DNA of 63,348 nt, the filler included. It is 12 parts of 12 records of this genome, joined end to end, with 100 filler letters (N's around TTAATTAATTAA, not from the genome) between each part and the next. Parts side by side here need not be neighbours in the genome. Positions count along the whole stretch, not along the records: positions 45,534 to 49,469 come from SRR15195285_2406; positions 49,570 to 59,308 come from SRR15195285_2409; 10 more parts are not named here. One strand, 5' to 3'. The notes below the pieces were generated by a model that was given only the letters and a program-made list of their open reading frames with translations, did not search any database and was not told the DNA's origin. Each line of letters begins with the position of its first letter. The first letter of the stretch is position 1. Shown here piece by piece: positions 45,843-56,754 of the stretch. A program made the position numbers and the translations under genes.

Positions 45843-47495
45843 ATGGGGACGGATAATGAGGGCAAGAAACCGTTCAACTACCATGCGGCGAAGTGCGTGC
45901 TGCACTGCAACAACTGCATCACGCTGGCGCTCGCGCTGATACTGCTGATCAACGGGCTCTTCACCACGATTGGAAGCAAGGAACAGGTTATAAAGTTCAC
46001 TCTTTGCAGCCAGCTGAAGGCGGTCGGTATCCAGCCCAATGACCTCCTGCACCTTCGCTCCAACAAGAGCGAGACCTCGCCGGTCCCAGTGGTCAACCCA
46101 CTCGCTGCACTCTGCCGGCCGTCGGGCGAGAATGGGGACAGTGGGCACTGCAACCCTTGGAAGCATCAAGACAGAAACCGCCACGCCGACTGCAACGACG
46201 GATTCTACTGCGACGAAGACTTCGTGTGCTGGGATTGCGACTACGTGATGCCCTCTGTGGATGCAGACGGCAACACAGTGGAGGCACACCCGTGCGACGC
46301 GTTCGACGCCAACGACCCTAAGTACGATGACATGACTGTCGAGGAGTGGAGTGAGCGGGGTCCGTGTGCGCGGTGCATGTCGCTGGAGACTAATCCGGAC
46401 CATCTGCGCAACAATTCGAAGACTGTCATGCGGAGTGTGGATGCGCCGGATGGCGCCGACTTTCTCGGCTGGCCCTCTGACCTCTCGATTGGCTTTGGGA
46501 TCGTGGTGGTGATCTCCTCGATCTTTGGCTTCGTTGGCGACGCGTTCAAGCGCCGGACGCTACTCTTCATCCATCACTTTGTCCTGTTGCTGCTGGGCAT
46601 CGCCATGATCTATGCTGTGGTAATCTGCTTCGTGTACAAGCAATATGCACACGACATGCTGCGCACGTACTGGCCGTGGATAAAATTCAATTGGAGTGGG
46701 GAGGTTGAATTGCACGACGTACAGACACTGGTCAAGGAGAATTTGGGCAGAGTCGCAGTGCTGTGCGCCATGACGACGATGTCTCTCTGGTCAGGGGTCG
46801 TCGCATCAGGCAGGCTGTTGGGCCTGCGGCTGCTGGCGAAGCAAATGCTCGTCATGACGAACGCACTCACGTTGATCTTCTCGATGACGCTCTCGATTAC
46901 TGCACTCGTTGCGTATCTAAGTGGTTATGCAGCGACTACTGTGATCGCCGTGATGTTTTTGGGGATGATCAGCTCGCTGGTCGGCCTGCTCGGCTTCATC
47001 GGGGCGGCCACCGAGCGGGCGGGTTTCCTGCGTGCGCAGATGTACATTACAGTGCCACTCGTGCTGCTACTGCTCATCGGTGCGCTCGAGGCACTCTTCT
47101 GGGACAAGGCAGGGCTGCGGAATAAAGCGAAAGCGCTCGCCGGCACGCTAGGGAAAATGGCGCCGAACGCAGCAGTCGATATGCTAGAAGTTCACTTTGT
47201 GTTCGTTGGCCTCATGGCACTGATGGTGATGGTGCTCATTGTCCTAAACCTCTGCTGCACTCGGGTCCTGCTGCAGCGGCTATCTGTGGATGGGCGCTAC
47301 TACGAGCGGGTCTCTGTGGTCGACGACCTCGAGGACGATTATGCGATGTCCAGTGATGTCTCCAACGCACGGAGAAGAAATGCACAGGATGGTCACAACC
47401 TTGAGATGCAGAGCTTCGCGATAGATGAGGAAGAGGCAGCCGGCGAGAGCTCGTCCGGACGTGGCGGGGCCACAGACAATGCTAGTAGGCCTTAG
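45843..47495 (+). CDS. Multi-pass membrane protein, probable tandem (2x4TM) tetraspanin-like fold with Cys-rich first loop
   Basis: About eight hydrophobic segments. Two copies of a TM2-TM3 signature (IFGFVGDAFKRRTLL; LLGFIGAATERAGFL). Acidic cytosolic tail containing YERV. Confidence 0.7.
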   Translation: MGTDNEGKKPFNYHAAKCVLHCNNCITLALALILLINGLFTTIGSKEQVIKFTLCSQLKAVGIQPNDLLHLRSNKSETSPVPVVNPLAALCRPSGENGDSGHCNPWKHQDRNRHADCNDGFYCDEDFVCWDCDYVMPSVDADGNTVEAHPCDAFDANDPKYDDMTVEEWSERGPCARCMSLETNPDHLRNNSKTVMRSVDAPDGADFLGWPSDLSIGFGIVVVISSIFGFVGDAFKRRTLLFIHHFVLLLLGIAMIYAVVICFVYKQYAHDMLRTYWPWIKFNWSGEVELHDVQTLVKENLGRVAVLCAMTTMSLWSGVVASGRLLGLRLLAKQMLVMTNALTLIFSMTLSITALVAYLSGYAATTVIAVMFLGMISSLVGLLGFIGAATERAGFLRAQMYITVPLVLLLLIGALEALFWDKAGLRNKAKALAGTLGKMAPNAAVDMLEVHFVFVGLMALMVMVLIVLNLCCTRVLLQRLSVDGRYYERVSVVDDLEDDYAMSSDVSNARRRNAQDGHNLEMQSFAIDEEEAAGESSSGRGGATDNASRP

Positions 47496-47617
47496 TGAAA
47501 CCCGTCAGGCAGGAATGCGGGACGGACACACGATAGTAAAGTCCAGTTTCAATTATCACCTACGTTCACTGGCAATGAATCGTCGCGACCACCGCGAACC
47601 TGCGTGCCGGGTCGATA

Positions 47618-49153
47618 CTAAAATGGCGATGCTTGTCTGCTTTTGTCAGCTGCGGCGGCAGCTGCATCGGCCTCAAGTTCTTTCAAGACATCTGGCGGTA
47701 GCTCATCAGGCATGACGACTTCTCCGGTCACAGGGTGGAAGTAGTACAGCGGCTTACTCGCCTCGTTCGGATCCTCCTCAGGTGTCTTCACCGCATCTCG
47801 TCGGCTCTGCCACAACTCGTTCAGCTGTTTCGTCTCTTCTTGCAAGTTAGGGAAAATCGGACTGCCGATCCTGACGGGGCGTGCAGAGTCAGACGTAAGC
47901 TTTAAGTACGCTGGCTCCGGGGTCTTGACGCGCGGTTTCCACGGGTTGCGACGCTGCTCTATAGGTGGCTGGTGGCGGTCGTGCGCTGTCGTTTTTGCCC
48001 AGGTCATGAGCCGCTGCAGGCCGTCGTTGGCAGCTTCGACATTGCCGTACTCTTTAGACTCAGGCTTAATTTCCTGGTAAACAGCGGGTTTCAAGTCGAG
48101 CGCGTCTGCTGCAGTTTTCTTTTTGCCGCCGACCGCTCCCCTAGCGGACAACGACCGAATCGATGCACGAGAGGACGACCGTACGCTCGAGATCGACCCC
48201 ACGCTGGCGCGCGATGAAGGTGGCCTCGGGCGGTGCCGAAGCTCAGAGGAGGCAAGCTGATCCCCGACAGGAGACGAGCGGCGGGAAGAACTTGGCGAGA
48301 GCGGGGCGTCTGGCGTAGCTAGCGCGTTGAGCCGCGCGAGAATCTCGTCTGCCCGTTCGTCAGTCGTGGTTGCACCACTGACATTGCGCCCATCTCCGAC
48401 GAAATTGCACGGCGATTTTGTCGGACGCCCCCCCGGCAACGCGACCCGCGTCGACGCCGTCGACGACTCGAGCTCGACCGGCTGTAGCCGCGAGGGCGCA
48501 GAGGTCGTGGATCGGGCTGTGGCGCTCGGACCAGGTGCGAGATTGGCCACGAGCATGTCGCGGAAGGCGCGTTGCTCGTACACACGCTCTTCGGCTACGC
48601 GCTTTTGTTCGCCCCACGTGTGCCGGAGCTCTTCGATCCCACGCCACAGCTCTGCCTGCGTCAGCAGACCTTCCTTATGACGCTTCACCAGCTGCTGCGC
48701 TGTCGGCAAGGGATTGAGCCGCGAAACCGGGTAGTGCCTCGCGAGCGTCATCTGGAGCGCAGGCACCTTTGGCGGGCTGATCGGCGGCGAGAACCCACCG
48801 AACGGGTGCTGCCCAGGCGCGATGGCGCTGTGCAGCTCCCCCACACCCTCTTGCAGGGCCGTTGCCATCAAGTGGTGCAGGGTCTCCTTCTCGGCCTCAC
48901 TCACCCAGTCCTTCTTCTCCGCGTCCCACAGCGAGCTACCGCCATCGGGCGCCGCTGGCTGGTGGCGCGCTGGCTGGCGCAGCGGCTGCGCCACCAGCTG
49001 CGGCGTGCGGGTCGGGCACATCGCCCGAAAGCGCTGGATCGAGGCGTGGTAGTCTTCGCTCTCGCCCTCGACCTTTCGCCGCGGCACGGGTGGCGTCGGC
49101 ACACGAGAGGAGGACCCATCGCTCGAGGACGTCGTCGACGGCGGGCGCTCCAT
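47618..49153 (-). CDS. Hypothetical protein, largely low-complexity Ser/Pro/Arg-rich
   Basis: A 511-aa ATG-to-stop ORF convergent with the membrane protein gene; short WW-like YYFHPVTGE near the C-terminus. Confidence 0.7.
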   Translation of the reverse strand: MERPPSTTSSSDGSSSRVPTPPVPRRKVEGESEDYHASIQRFRAMCPTRTPQLVAQPLRQPARHQPAAPDGGSSLWDAEKKDWVSEAEKETLHHLMATALQEGVGELHSAIAPGQHPFGGFSPPISPPKVPALQMTLARHYPVSRLNPLPTAQQLVKRHKEGLLTQAELWRGIEELRHTWGEQKRVAEERVYEQRAFRDMLVANLAPGPSATARSTTSAPSRLQPVELESSTASTRVALPGGRPTKSPCNFVGDGRNVSGATTTDERADEILARLNALATPDAPLSPSSSRRSSPVGDQLASSELRHRPRPPSSRASVGSISSVRSSSRASIRSLSARGAVGGKKKTAADALDLKPAVYQEIKPESKEYGNVEAANDGLQRLMTWAKTTAHDRHQPPIEQRRNPWKPRVKTPEPAYLKLTSDSARPVRIGSPIFPNLQEETKQLNELWQSRRDAVKTPEEDPNEASKPLYYFHPVTGEVVMPDELPPDVLKELEADAAAAAADKSRQASPF

Positions 49154-49469
49154 CGCCCACCGACCCCGTCGATCCGTGCGTGCGTGAACTGTTCCGCTCG
49201 CTGTGTATTCTGTACAGCGTCAAATCGCCGCAGTCAGTGGAATCCCTCAGCCACTCCCGCCGCAACGACAGGGCAGAGTTCTGTGTGGCTAGCGGCCATG
49301 CTGTCTCATGCACTGTGGGTTGACGGCGCAGAGCGGCTACGGGAGGCGGATCGACTGGCCCAATGCCAACGCGGCCGCCCTCTCAGCTGCCTGAGACGGT
49401 TCACGGTACTCCGTGTCCCTCAATTTCCCCTAACTAGGAAAAAACATCCCGGCGCTTGATCATGGTACT

Positions 49470-49569
49470 NNNNNNNNNNNNNNNNNNNNNNNNNNNNNNN
49501 NNNNNNNNNNNNNTTAATTAATTAANNNNNNNNNNNNNNNNNNNNNNNNNNNNNNNNNNNNNNNNNNNN
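49470..49569. other. Artificial contig-joining spacer
   Basis: N44-TTAATTAATTAA-N44. Confidence 0.99.
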
Positions 49570-49642
49570 GGGGGGGGGGGGGGGGGGGGGGGGTGCGAGC
49601 TTCAGGCGGCAGAGGGCAGAGGGCAGAGGGCAGAGGGCAGAG
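49570..49642 (+). repeat. Poly-G run followed by (GGCAGAG)5 tandem repeat
   Basis: G24 at 49570-49593; five perfect GGCAGAG units at 49608-49642. Confidence 0.9.
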
Positions 49643-49761
49643 CTCCCCCTCGGATTTCAGGAGGGTAGGCTTCCTCTAGAGAGGGTGTTCCGTCTGCTCA
49701 CCGGCAGGGCGTTTGCAGCGGCCCCGCTGATTGGGACATCTCTTGAGATTTGGCAGCCGTC

Positions 49762-52700
49762 ATGATGTTCGGCGGCGGCGGGGGGGACGATGCGGACGGC
49801 TTCCGGCTGGTCAATCTGTTCTCGATGCTGCAAGGCGACGGCGGTGGGGATGGGAGCGCGACGTTGGAGTGCAGCTGCGGCAGGGAGTTTGGGGAGTACA
49901 TGCGCCAGGCGGTGCAGGCTCCGTTCCCGTGGGATCCGGCTGGCCCGGTGCGGCGGAGCGTCACGACTGTCTGGCGAGGGCGGCGGCTGCGCGTGCTCTT
50001 GGAGCCTGGCGGGGAGTGGCACCCGGGGCGCGTGATAAAGTTTGAGCAATACAACAACGGGCCGTTTCATCGAGAGACGCTCTGGTCCGTGTCTGTGCGC
50101 TTCGACGATGCGGCTGTTCCCGCCCAGTTGACTGCACCGCAGCCGGCTGCGACCGAGGCGCCGCGTGCCGAAACTCAGGGCGACGAACGTATTTTTGCCC
50201 ACCAGACAGCGGAACAAGCAAAGGGCACCATCTACAGCCTGAGCTACCGCGAGCTGCAGTCCAGCTTGAAGGAGATGGGACTTTCTGCGCGCGGCCGAAA
50301 GGAGGTGCTTGCCGACCGCATGTACGAGGCATGGCTCGAGGATGCCGAGGCGGAATGGGAGGAACAAGACTTGGCTGCGGCCACATCAGCAGCTGCGGAG
50401 CAGGAGGCAGCTGCGGAGGTGGAGCGAACGGCGGCGGCAACTGAAGCAGTAGCCGCCCGCAGCCGCAGCCGCAGCCCGAGCCCAAGTCCGCGCGGGAAGC
50501 CCATTCCCCCAGTGGATTTTCAGTTGATTCGAGCAAACGTGCACGTGGGCGGTACACTGACGGACCCACGACCGGACAAGGGTGGACTGCTGCTGTCGTT
50601 TGAGTGGCTAGATGCGCCCGTCCCTGACTTGAGCCTCGGAGATGGCGTGAGCTGCCCGACATGTCGACAGGTACAGCCTCCGACGGCGGGAGAGGACGTC
50701 GCTCCGGAGGCTACCTGTGTCGGGGACTGTCCCATCTGTCTAAGTGAGGCGCAGGACTGCCTGAAGCTGCACTGCGGGCACGTGGTTTGCTTATCGTGCT
50801 GGAAAAAATGGGAATTCGTTGGCACACTTGCAGGCGAGGGGACTGACGAGGACGACCGTGGGCCGGATGAACCTGACGGTAGTGAGCTGAGCCACGAAGC
50901 GCTGGAGGCGGAGCGCAAGAGGCTGTATGACGAAATGGCCCGACGAACACGCGAAGCGGAGCATACCGACGGTGGCCAAACAGTAGGCGATTGTCCGCAC
51001 TGTACCAGGTTGACCGACATGGTTAACGAAACCATCGCTCGGATGGAGGATGACGACAGCGGTAGTCGCAATGGTCTGCGCAGGCATAGGCGCAGACTTC
51101 TGACTGAGCCGATCATCACGTCGATGAGTGATCACCTCCGTGGGCTTGCATTGCGCTATGGCTCCATAGGGGTGCTTCAGGTGTTCGTTGAGGTTATTCC
51201 TCTGCGCGAGGCTTGCATCGCTGCTGAAATTGAGCGTAATAGAGACGGCAGCCAGCCCCCGAAGCTAGACGAGCAGGGACGAACGAGGGTAGTCAATTCG
51301 TGGATGAAGTCTTTTTGCTGCAGGATCGGCGAGTTGTACGAAGAGCAGGGCAAATACTCAAGTGCGATTCCGTGGTACAAACGCTGCTGCTCGATTTCTG
51401 CCCTTTGCCAGTGGGAGAGTGGAGAGCACTCGAGCGACTTGTCCAACCTGGGCGTGGCACAGAAACGAGCAGGTTTGTTCGTGGAGGCATTGGCTTCATA
51501 TGACAAAGCGATAGCCTTGCACCCAGGGAACTGCGACATCGCAGTGGCCAATAGGCAGACCCTGGTGCGGGAGATGCGGCACTGGACTGGCACAGCAATA
51601 GAGTACGACTTTGACGATGAAGTTGAAGACGGCATTCGGGAGCGCCTGAACGCGGCATCGCCGCCATACGAGCAGCTTCCATTTGGCTATTACAGCAAAG
51701 AACAAGAACGAGCCCTGCCGCACCATCGATTGCAGGCAGCCAGTGCTATGAAGGGCACGCATTTGCTCCTCTGGAAAGTCGTAAAGCGTGTGACCCACCG
51801 CATTCCGCCGCGGGTGATTCAATTCACAGCGACCGCGGGTGCTGTCATCTTGGTTGTTGGCCTTGTCATGTGCATCGTTGTTCGAAGCGTGGACGTGTTT
51901 GTGTTCAACGAATGGTCGGTTTCTAGGGCGATCTTTACTTCCACGGTCGTCACAGGTGCACTCGACCCGTGCAGTTTCGACTGTGCGTTGTCGATTTACT
52001 GCGGCCTGCCATCTGTTCGCAACCGCATCGACATGACGCACCTGACAGAGGTGCATAATGTTGTGGCTGCCATGAAAATTTCCATATGGCTGCTACATGT
52101 TGTTCTGCCACTGTGCTTGCACTGCATGCAAGTGATTGCCATATTTTTTGGCAGTCCTCACTTTTTCTCGGTACACCATATCTTGGTGATGGCAAACTTC
52201 GGGGCAGTCTTGGCGTTCTGTGTCGCCATGGTTCGTCTGGCTGTACAAACTCCATGGCGACTGGCAGCAGGCGCGCATGCTGTTGCGGGTGCATTGGTGA
52301 TATTCTTACTCATGAAATGTGAAGGAGATATACTGATGGGAACACCGACGCTGGCGTGTGGCAGTGAGTCAGGTGGAGAGGATGCACCTGGAAGCTGCGT
52401 CGCGCTGCTCACGGGTGCGAATTCAGGGATCGGCTACGCAACTGCGTACAGCCTTGCTGCTCAAGGTCACACAGTTCTGCTTGCGTGCCGATCGCAAGTT
52501 CGCTGCGATGCGGCTGCGTCTTCAATCGTTGCTGCGCTAGGTAGTTCTACCGAAGAGCGGGTAGTGTCTCTAGGAGGCCTTGAGCTGTCATCACTGACGA
52601 GAGTGGAGGAGTGGGTCGCCTCACAAGAAACCACGCTGCCCAGAATCGATGTGCTGTTCTTAAATGCTGGGTTTTTGCCCCGGCCTGGGGAACAGACGGA

Positions 52701-53512
52701 GGAGGGCTACGAGGCTGGCCTGGGGGCGATGCATTTCGGGCACTGGGCACTTGTTGAAGGTCTCTGCACGGGACGCATGCTGGCGCCAGTGTCCCCGCGC
52801 GTCGTTGTTATTTCGTCGGACGCGCACCGCATGGGTTCGTTTCATTCGTCCCTGTTGCAAGGTTCAGGGGAGGGCGACTTGCGAGGAGAGCTTACAGCCG
52901 GCTGCCCAGGCGACCCAGGCCAGCCGGTTTGCGCGCAGATGCAGTACAGCGACCACGGATCTCTTTCGCAAGAAATGCCCACGAAGTTGGTGGGAGGCGG
53001 CGCCTACGCTCGTGCAAAGCTTGCAAACCTGCTGTACGCGCGACAGCTTCCAGTGGCTCACAACGGCTGGAGAGCTACAAGCGTGCACCCGGGCATGGTT
53101 TACACGCCCATGGCGGAGCGGATCGCGCGGCCCTACGCGTGGATGCAGTTTGGGATGCAAGGGGCGCAACAACTATTCATGCGGGCCATGTTGCGTCCGG
53201 CGTCTGCTGCAGCGGCGGTGGTGCTGCATGCGGCGAAAAGTCTAGAAGGGAACTCGGCTGCCAATCGCCACTTTGTCAATGGAATGGTGCGCCCCCTTCA
53301 GTCGCTGCAACGCCCAGTGGTTGCAGGTTGCAGCCTCGTTTGCGACTTAACGAGCCCGCGCGCTTTGCAACTTGTGACACAATCAGGGCGAGGTTCTCGC
53401 AGACGATGGCGGCATGCTGCCGGGCTCGGCGCTCGACGACGTCGTTGCCGCCCGACTCTGGGAGGTAAGTGACGCGGTGGCTGCAGCGGCAGGCGCAAGC
53501 GGGCAAGCATAA
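49762..53512 (+). CDS. Multidomain protein: SAP + RING-type zinc finger + TPR + TM bundle + short-chain dehydrogenase/reductase (retinol dehydrogenase/WWOX-like); intron 53287-53386
   Basis: SAP LSYRELQSSLKEMGLSARGRKEVLADRM; CPIC...CGHVVCLSC; TPR SNLGVAQKRAG...ALASYDKAIALHP; SDR TGANSGIG, LNAG, YARAK, VHPGMV. The spliced last exon gives AARLWEVS...*. Confidence 0.82.
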
Positions 53513-54186
53513 GTGGATGACACAAGCTGGTACTAATTCATTTTATGGTTCAGTCATGCACCGCTGTGTGGCACAGAACAAATGAAACAAAATATTCAAT
53601 TATAACGAACCATTTGAGCGAAGGCGACAAGCTGCCAAAATGATTGCCTTGATTCAATTTCATGAACTCGGGTACACTCCCGCGTCTTAGTCTACAGCGT
53701 AGTGACGAGTCTTGCGGTGGGCACTTGCGACGGCGATTCAGCCAGGTCTGGTGAAGCTATAGTAATTAACGGTGCTGCTGTAGTAGAAATCGCATTTAAA
53801 TCAGATCGATTCCTTGAAGACAGTGAAAGAACTGGACTGCAGGTGATGGAGCGCGCACCCTCTTGTAAGAACGGTGTTCCCGACAACGCATCTTGATCAT
53901 GACTACCTGAGCCCTATCTTTTAAAATGCTAGAGTGCAAACTACACACGGTGTCTTGAATGCATTCGCTCGTTAATTCATTCACACTGGCCCCTGATGAA
54001 GTATCTTTTCCGTGCTGCAGCATGAAGCGCGTAACCTTAGTCGTGCATCCTACCGCGCCGCGCGTGGTCGTGTTGCTCCAGTTCAATCATCCAGAGTACA
54101 CTAGCTCTAGCCACAAGGTGCAACCTAGCGATCGCGCCAAGCCCAAACAACTCCCACGAAATTGGTCACAGCCAGAACTCAATCTG

Positions 54187-54961
54187 TCAGCTGCAGGTCT
54201 TGCCCTCAGCGGCACTGTTGATCGGTACCAAGCGACCTCCTCCGTGCCTACTCGTAGCACCCATCGGCGCAGCACCATCGCTCGTGCCTGCTTCAAACTC
54301 TGCCATGGTAACCACACCTCCTCGTTGTTCGCTCTCGTACTGCAGCAAGTCCTACAAACGGGTAGCCACGCCGCCTGTGTCAACTCACATATCCAGAATG
54401 AGCGTGGTCTCTTAAAGCAGAACCCCGGGGCTACGCCGGTCTGGTACGCTCTGCGCAGCTGGGGCAGCACCGACTGTGCAGGTCGTACAGTGTACTTACC
54501 GCCCGGTTATCAGCCAATGGCGCTGCCGCTTTCCTTCGCTCGCAAACTAGTGACCACGCCTCTGCTAACGTGAGGCTGAGTAGATCCATACATACCGCGA
54601 TCGTGACTGTAGCAGAGCGGTTGGAGCCATTTGCACAGTGCACAAGCACGCGTCCAGGGGTGGAAGCCGCCCATGCATCTCGTACAAATGTCACCGCAGC
54701 TGGATAAGCGTGCCGCGAGCCACCGCCGAAATCAGTGATGCGAAGGCACAGGTAGGTCAGGCCAGCTTCGGACTCGTGGAAGTTCGGGACATCGTCCGCA
54801 ACGTTCAGGACGTGCGTGATACCGTGAGCCCGCAGCTGCGGCAAGTTCTCAGCGTCGCGACCGGCACCGAGCCACAGTTTTCCATCGATGACCTCGTCCG
54901 CCCAGATCTCGCCGGACTCCATCGCTCGGCGCCGCGCCAGTGCGCGCTCCATTTCGGTCAT
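54187..54961 (-). CDS. Dual-specificity protein phosphatase; one intron near 54353-54498
   Basis: KLWLGAGRDA, HGITHVLNVA, catalytic VLVHCANGSNRSAT (HCX5R). The second exon begins DLLQYE. Confidence 0.9.
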
Positions 54962-55748
54962 CGCGCGTTCAAGTTTCTTTGGAAGGTCGCAGCGACGGCT
55001 ACTGGCGTGACACGAGACGCTCCTTGCCCAGCCCCTCAACGAGCGAGGCTCCGGGCGCCGCCCCCCATCGATGTCACATGGAATTTTTTCCCGCGCCGTG
55101 CACGCCATGATCCTGACATGCGCATATATATGTATACGCATGTAGAAGTAGATGTACCGTACATGCCGACTCAATTTGCCTGGTAAGGTCCGCGGCGCCC
55201 ACGCCTCACCCCGGCGACCGCGCGCAATTCTTCATCTATCGGAATCTATTCGAATATGATATATGTTTACTAATATGTATGCGCAATGCGGGCAATGTAC
55301 ATTAATTACACGCCGGTGTGTATAATACACGGGTACCGGCTATTCATATCATGTTCTATGCGTACCCAGGTGCCTGCCGGATCGCAGCGTCCATCCGGTC
55401 GCAATTCGGTTGATCAATTCCTGACGACTTGCGACTGCAGATCTGCGGAGTCATCGCGGCATGGACGCACACGGCACGCACTGAGATTCTCTCGTCGGCA
55501 CACGCACGCACGCGCACACGCAACCACTTCAACCAACGCGAAGCGGGCGCGCGCGCCGACCGACTCCCTGTAGGGCTCGCTATCTGATCGATCTGCGTGC
55601 GGGCCTGAGAGCGCGGCACAGCTAACCGGGCACGCAGGGTAGTGTAGAGCAAGGGGCTACGCGCGGCACGGGCTGCGAGCTACGAGGCTTGAGAACGCCG
55701 GCAACAAGCGGTTAAGCGGCGCACTTCAGTTGCTGAGGTCGAGGTAGA

Positions 55749-56539
55749 ATGTCTCTCAAGCACGACGGCGAGTACTCAGCGCTGTCCGGGCCCGACGTCG
55801 AGGACAGCACCAAGAATACTCAAGGCGGCGAGAGCAATGCGCCCGCAAGCGCGGAGGAAAATCCGAAGCCGCGACTTGAAGGAGCAGCGCTGCAGGATGA
55901 GAATGACGATCAGGATACCGACGACGAGGACCCGACAAGCACCAGCCGGCGGGCCTCGGCCGATCTCGCGGACTACAGCACGCCGCTGTGTAGCATATCT
56001 CCTCTCGCGGCGGCGTGCACACAGGTAAAGGTGGAGGTAGAAGCCGCGGCAGGACGTTCGGCGCAGCTTGAGGGCAGCACGGAAGAGGTGCAGGTACAGG
56101 CCTTGCTGCAGGAATTCAACTCAACTGGTGTTCCGCAGGTGCGTGCGCGTCGCAGTTGCGCCTGCGTCCTTAGTGCTGCAATGTGACCTATTGCGCTGCG
56201 CAGGAACTCTTGAAGGAGATCCAGACACATGTCGAGACGGCACGCGAGAAGATCATGATCCAGCTTGATGAATTGATCGGCCAGCTTGTTGGCGCGGCAC
56301 CGGGGCTTGAAGACAGTGCTAGCATGCTCTCTACAGAACGCGAGTCTCTGGCCCGAGCTGCGAACTTGCAGCAAGACACGCAGAAACGCCAAGCATTTAC
56401 GCTGAAAAACTTCTTGGAACAGATGAAAAACATTTCGTGCGCGCGCGCCCCTTGCACACCGCATGTCGCCTTGTCATGCGGTGATGCTGAATAACCGCGA
56501 CCGCGCATGCACAGGTCGATAAGTACTTTCCTTCAGTGA
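55749..56539 (+). CDS. Small hypothetical coiled-coil protein; introns 56139-56203 and 56437-56514
   Basis: ATG at 55749 with an acidic N-terminus. Two GTGCG...CAG introns join ORFs 55749 and 56183 in frame; helical ELLKEIQTHVETAREKIMIQLDELI. Confidence 0.65.
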
Positions 56540-56754
56540 CTATCAGCTGCTGTGTGCATGCTCTGCGGCTACTGGAATCGTTAGCCACCTAGTGGGCGCT
56601 TACTGGGCGAGTGTTGAGCACCATAGTGACTTTCGCTTGTACAACGCAACCACAGAAAGAGAGCACTCGATGGCAACGGCGGGTATCACCATTGTTCCCG
56701 ACACCTATGCTGCGCTGTGGACTATGAACTTTTCCCGTGCTCTTTGCTAAAAGT

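Noticed and set aside
45482-46403. Minus-strand ORFs ending in poly-His or poly-Thr
   Set aside because: They are translations of the (GTG)n tract and the antisense of the membrane-protein gene, running into the spacer.
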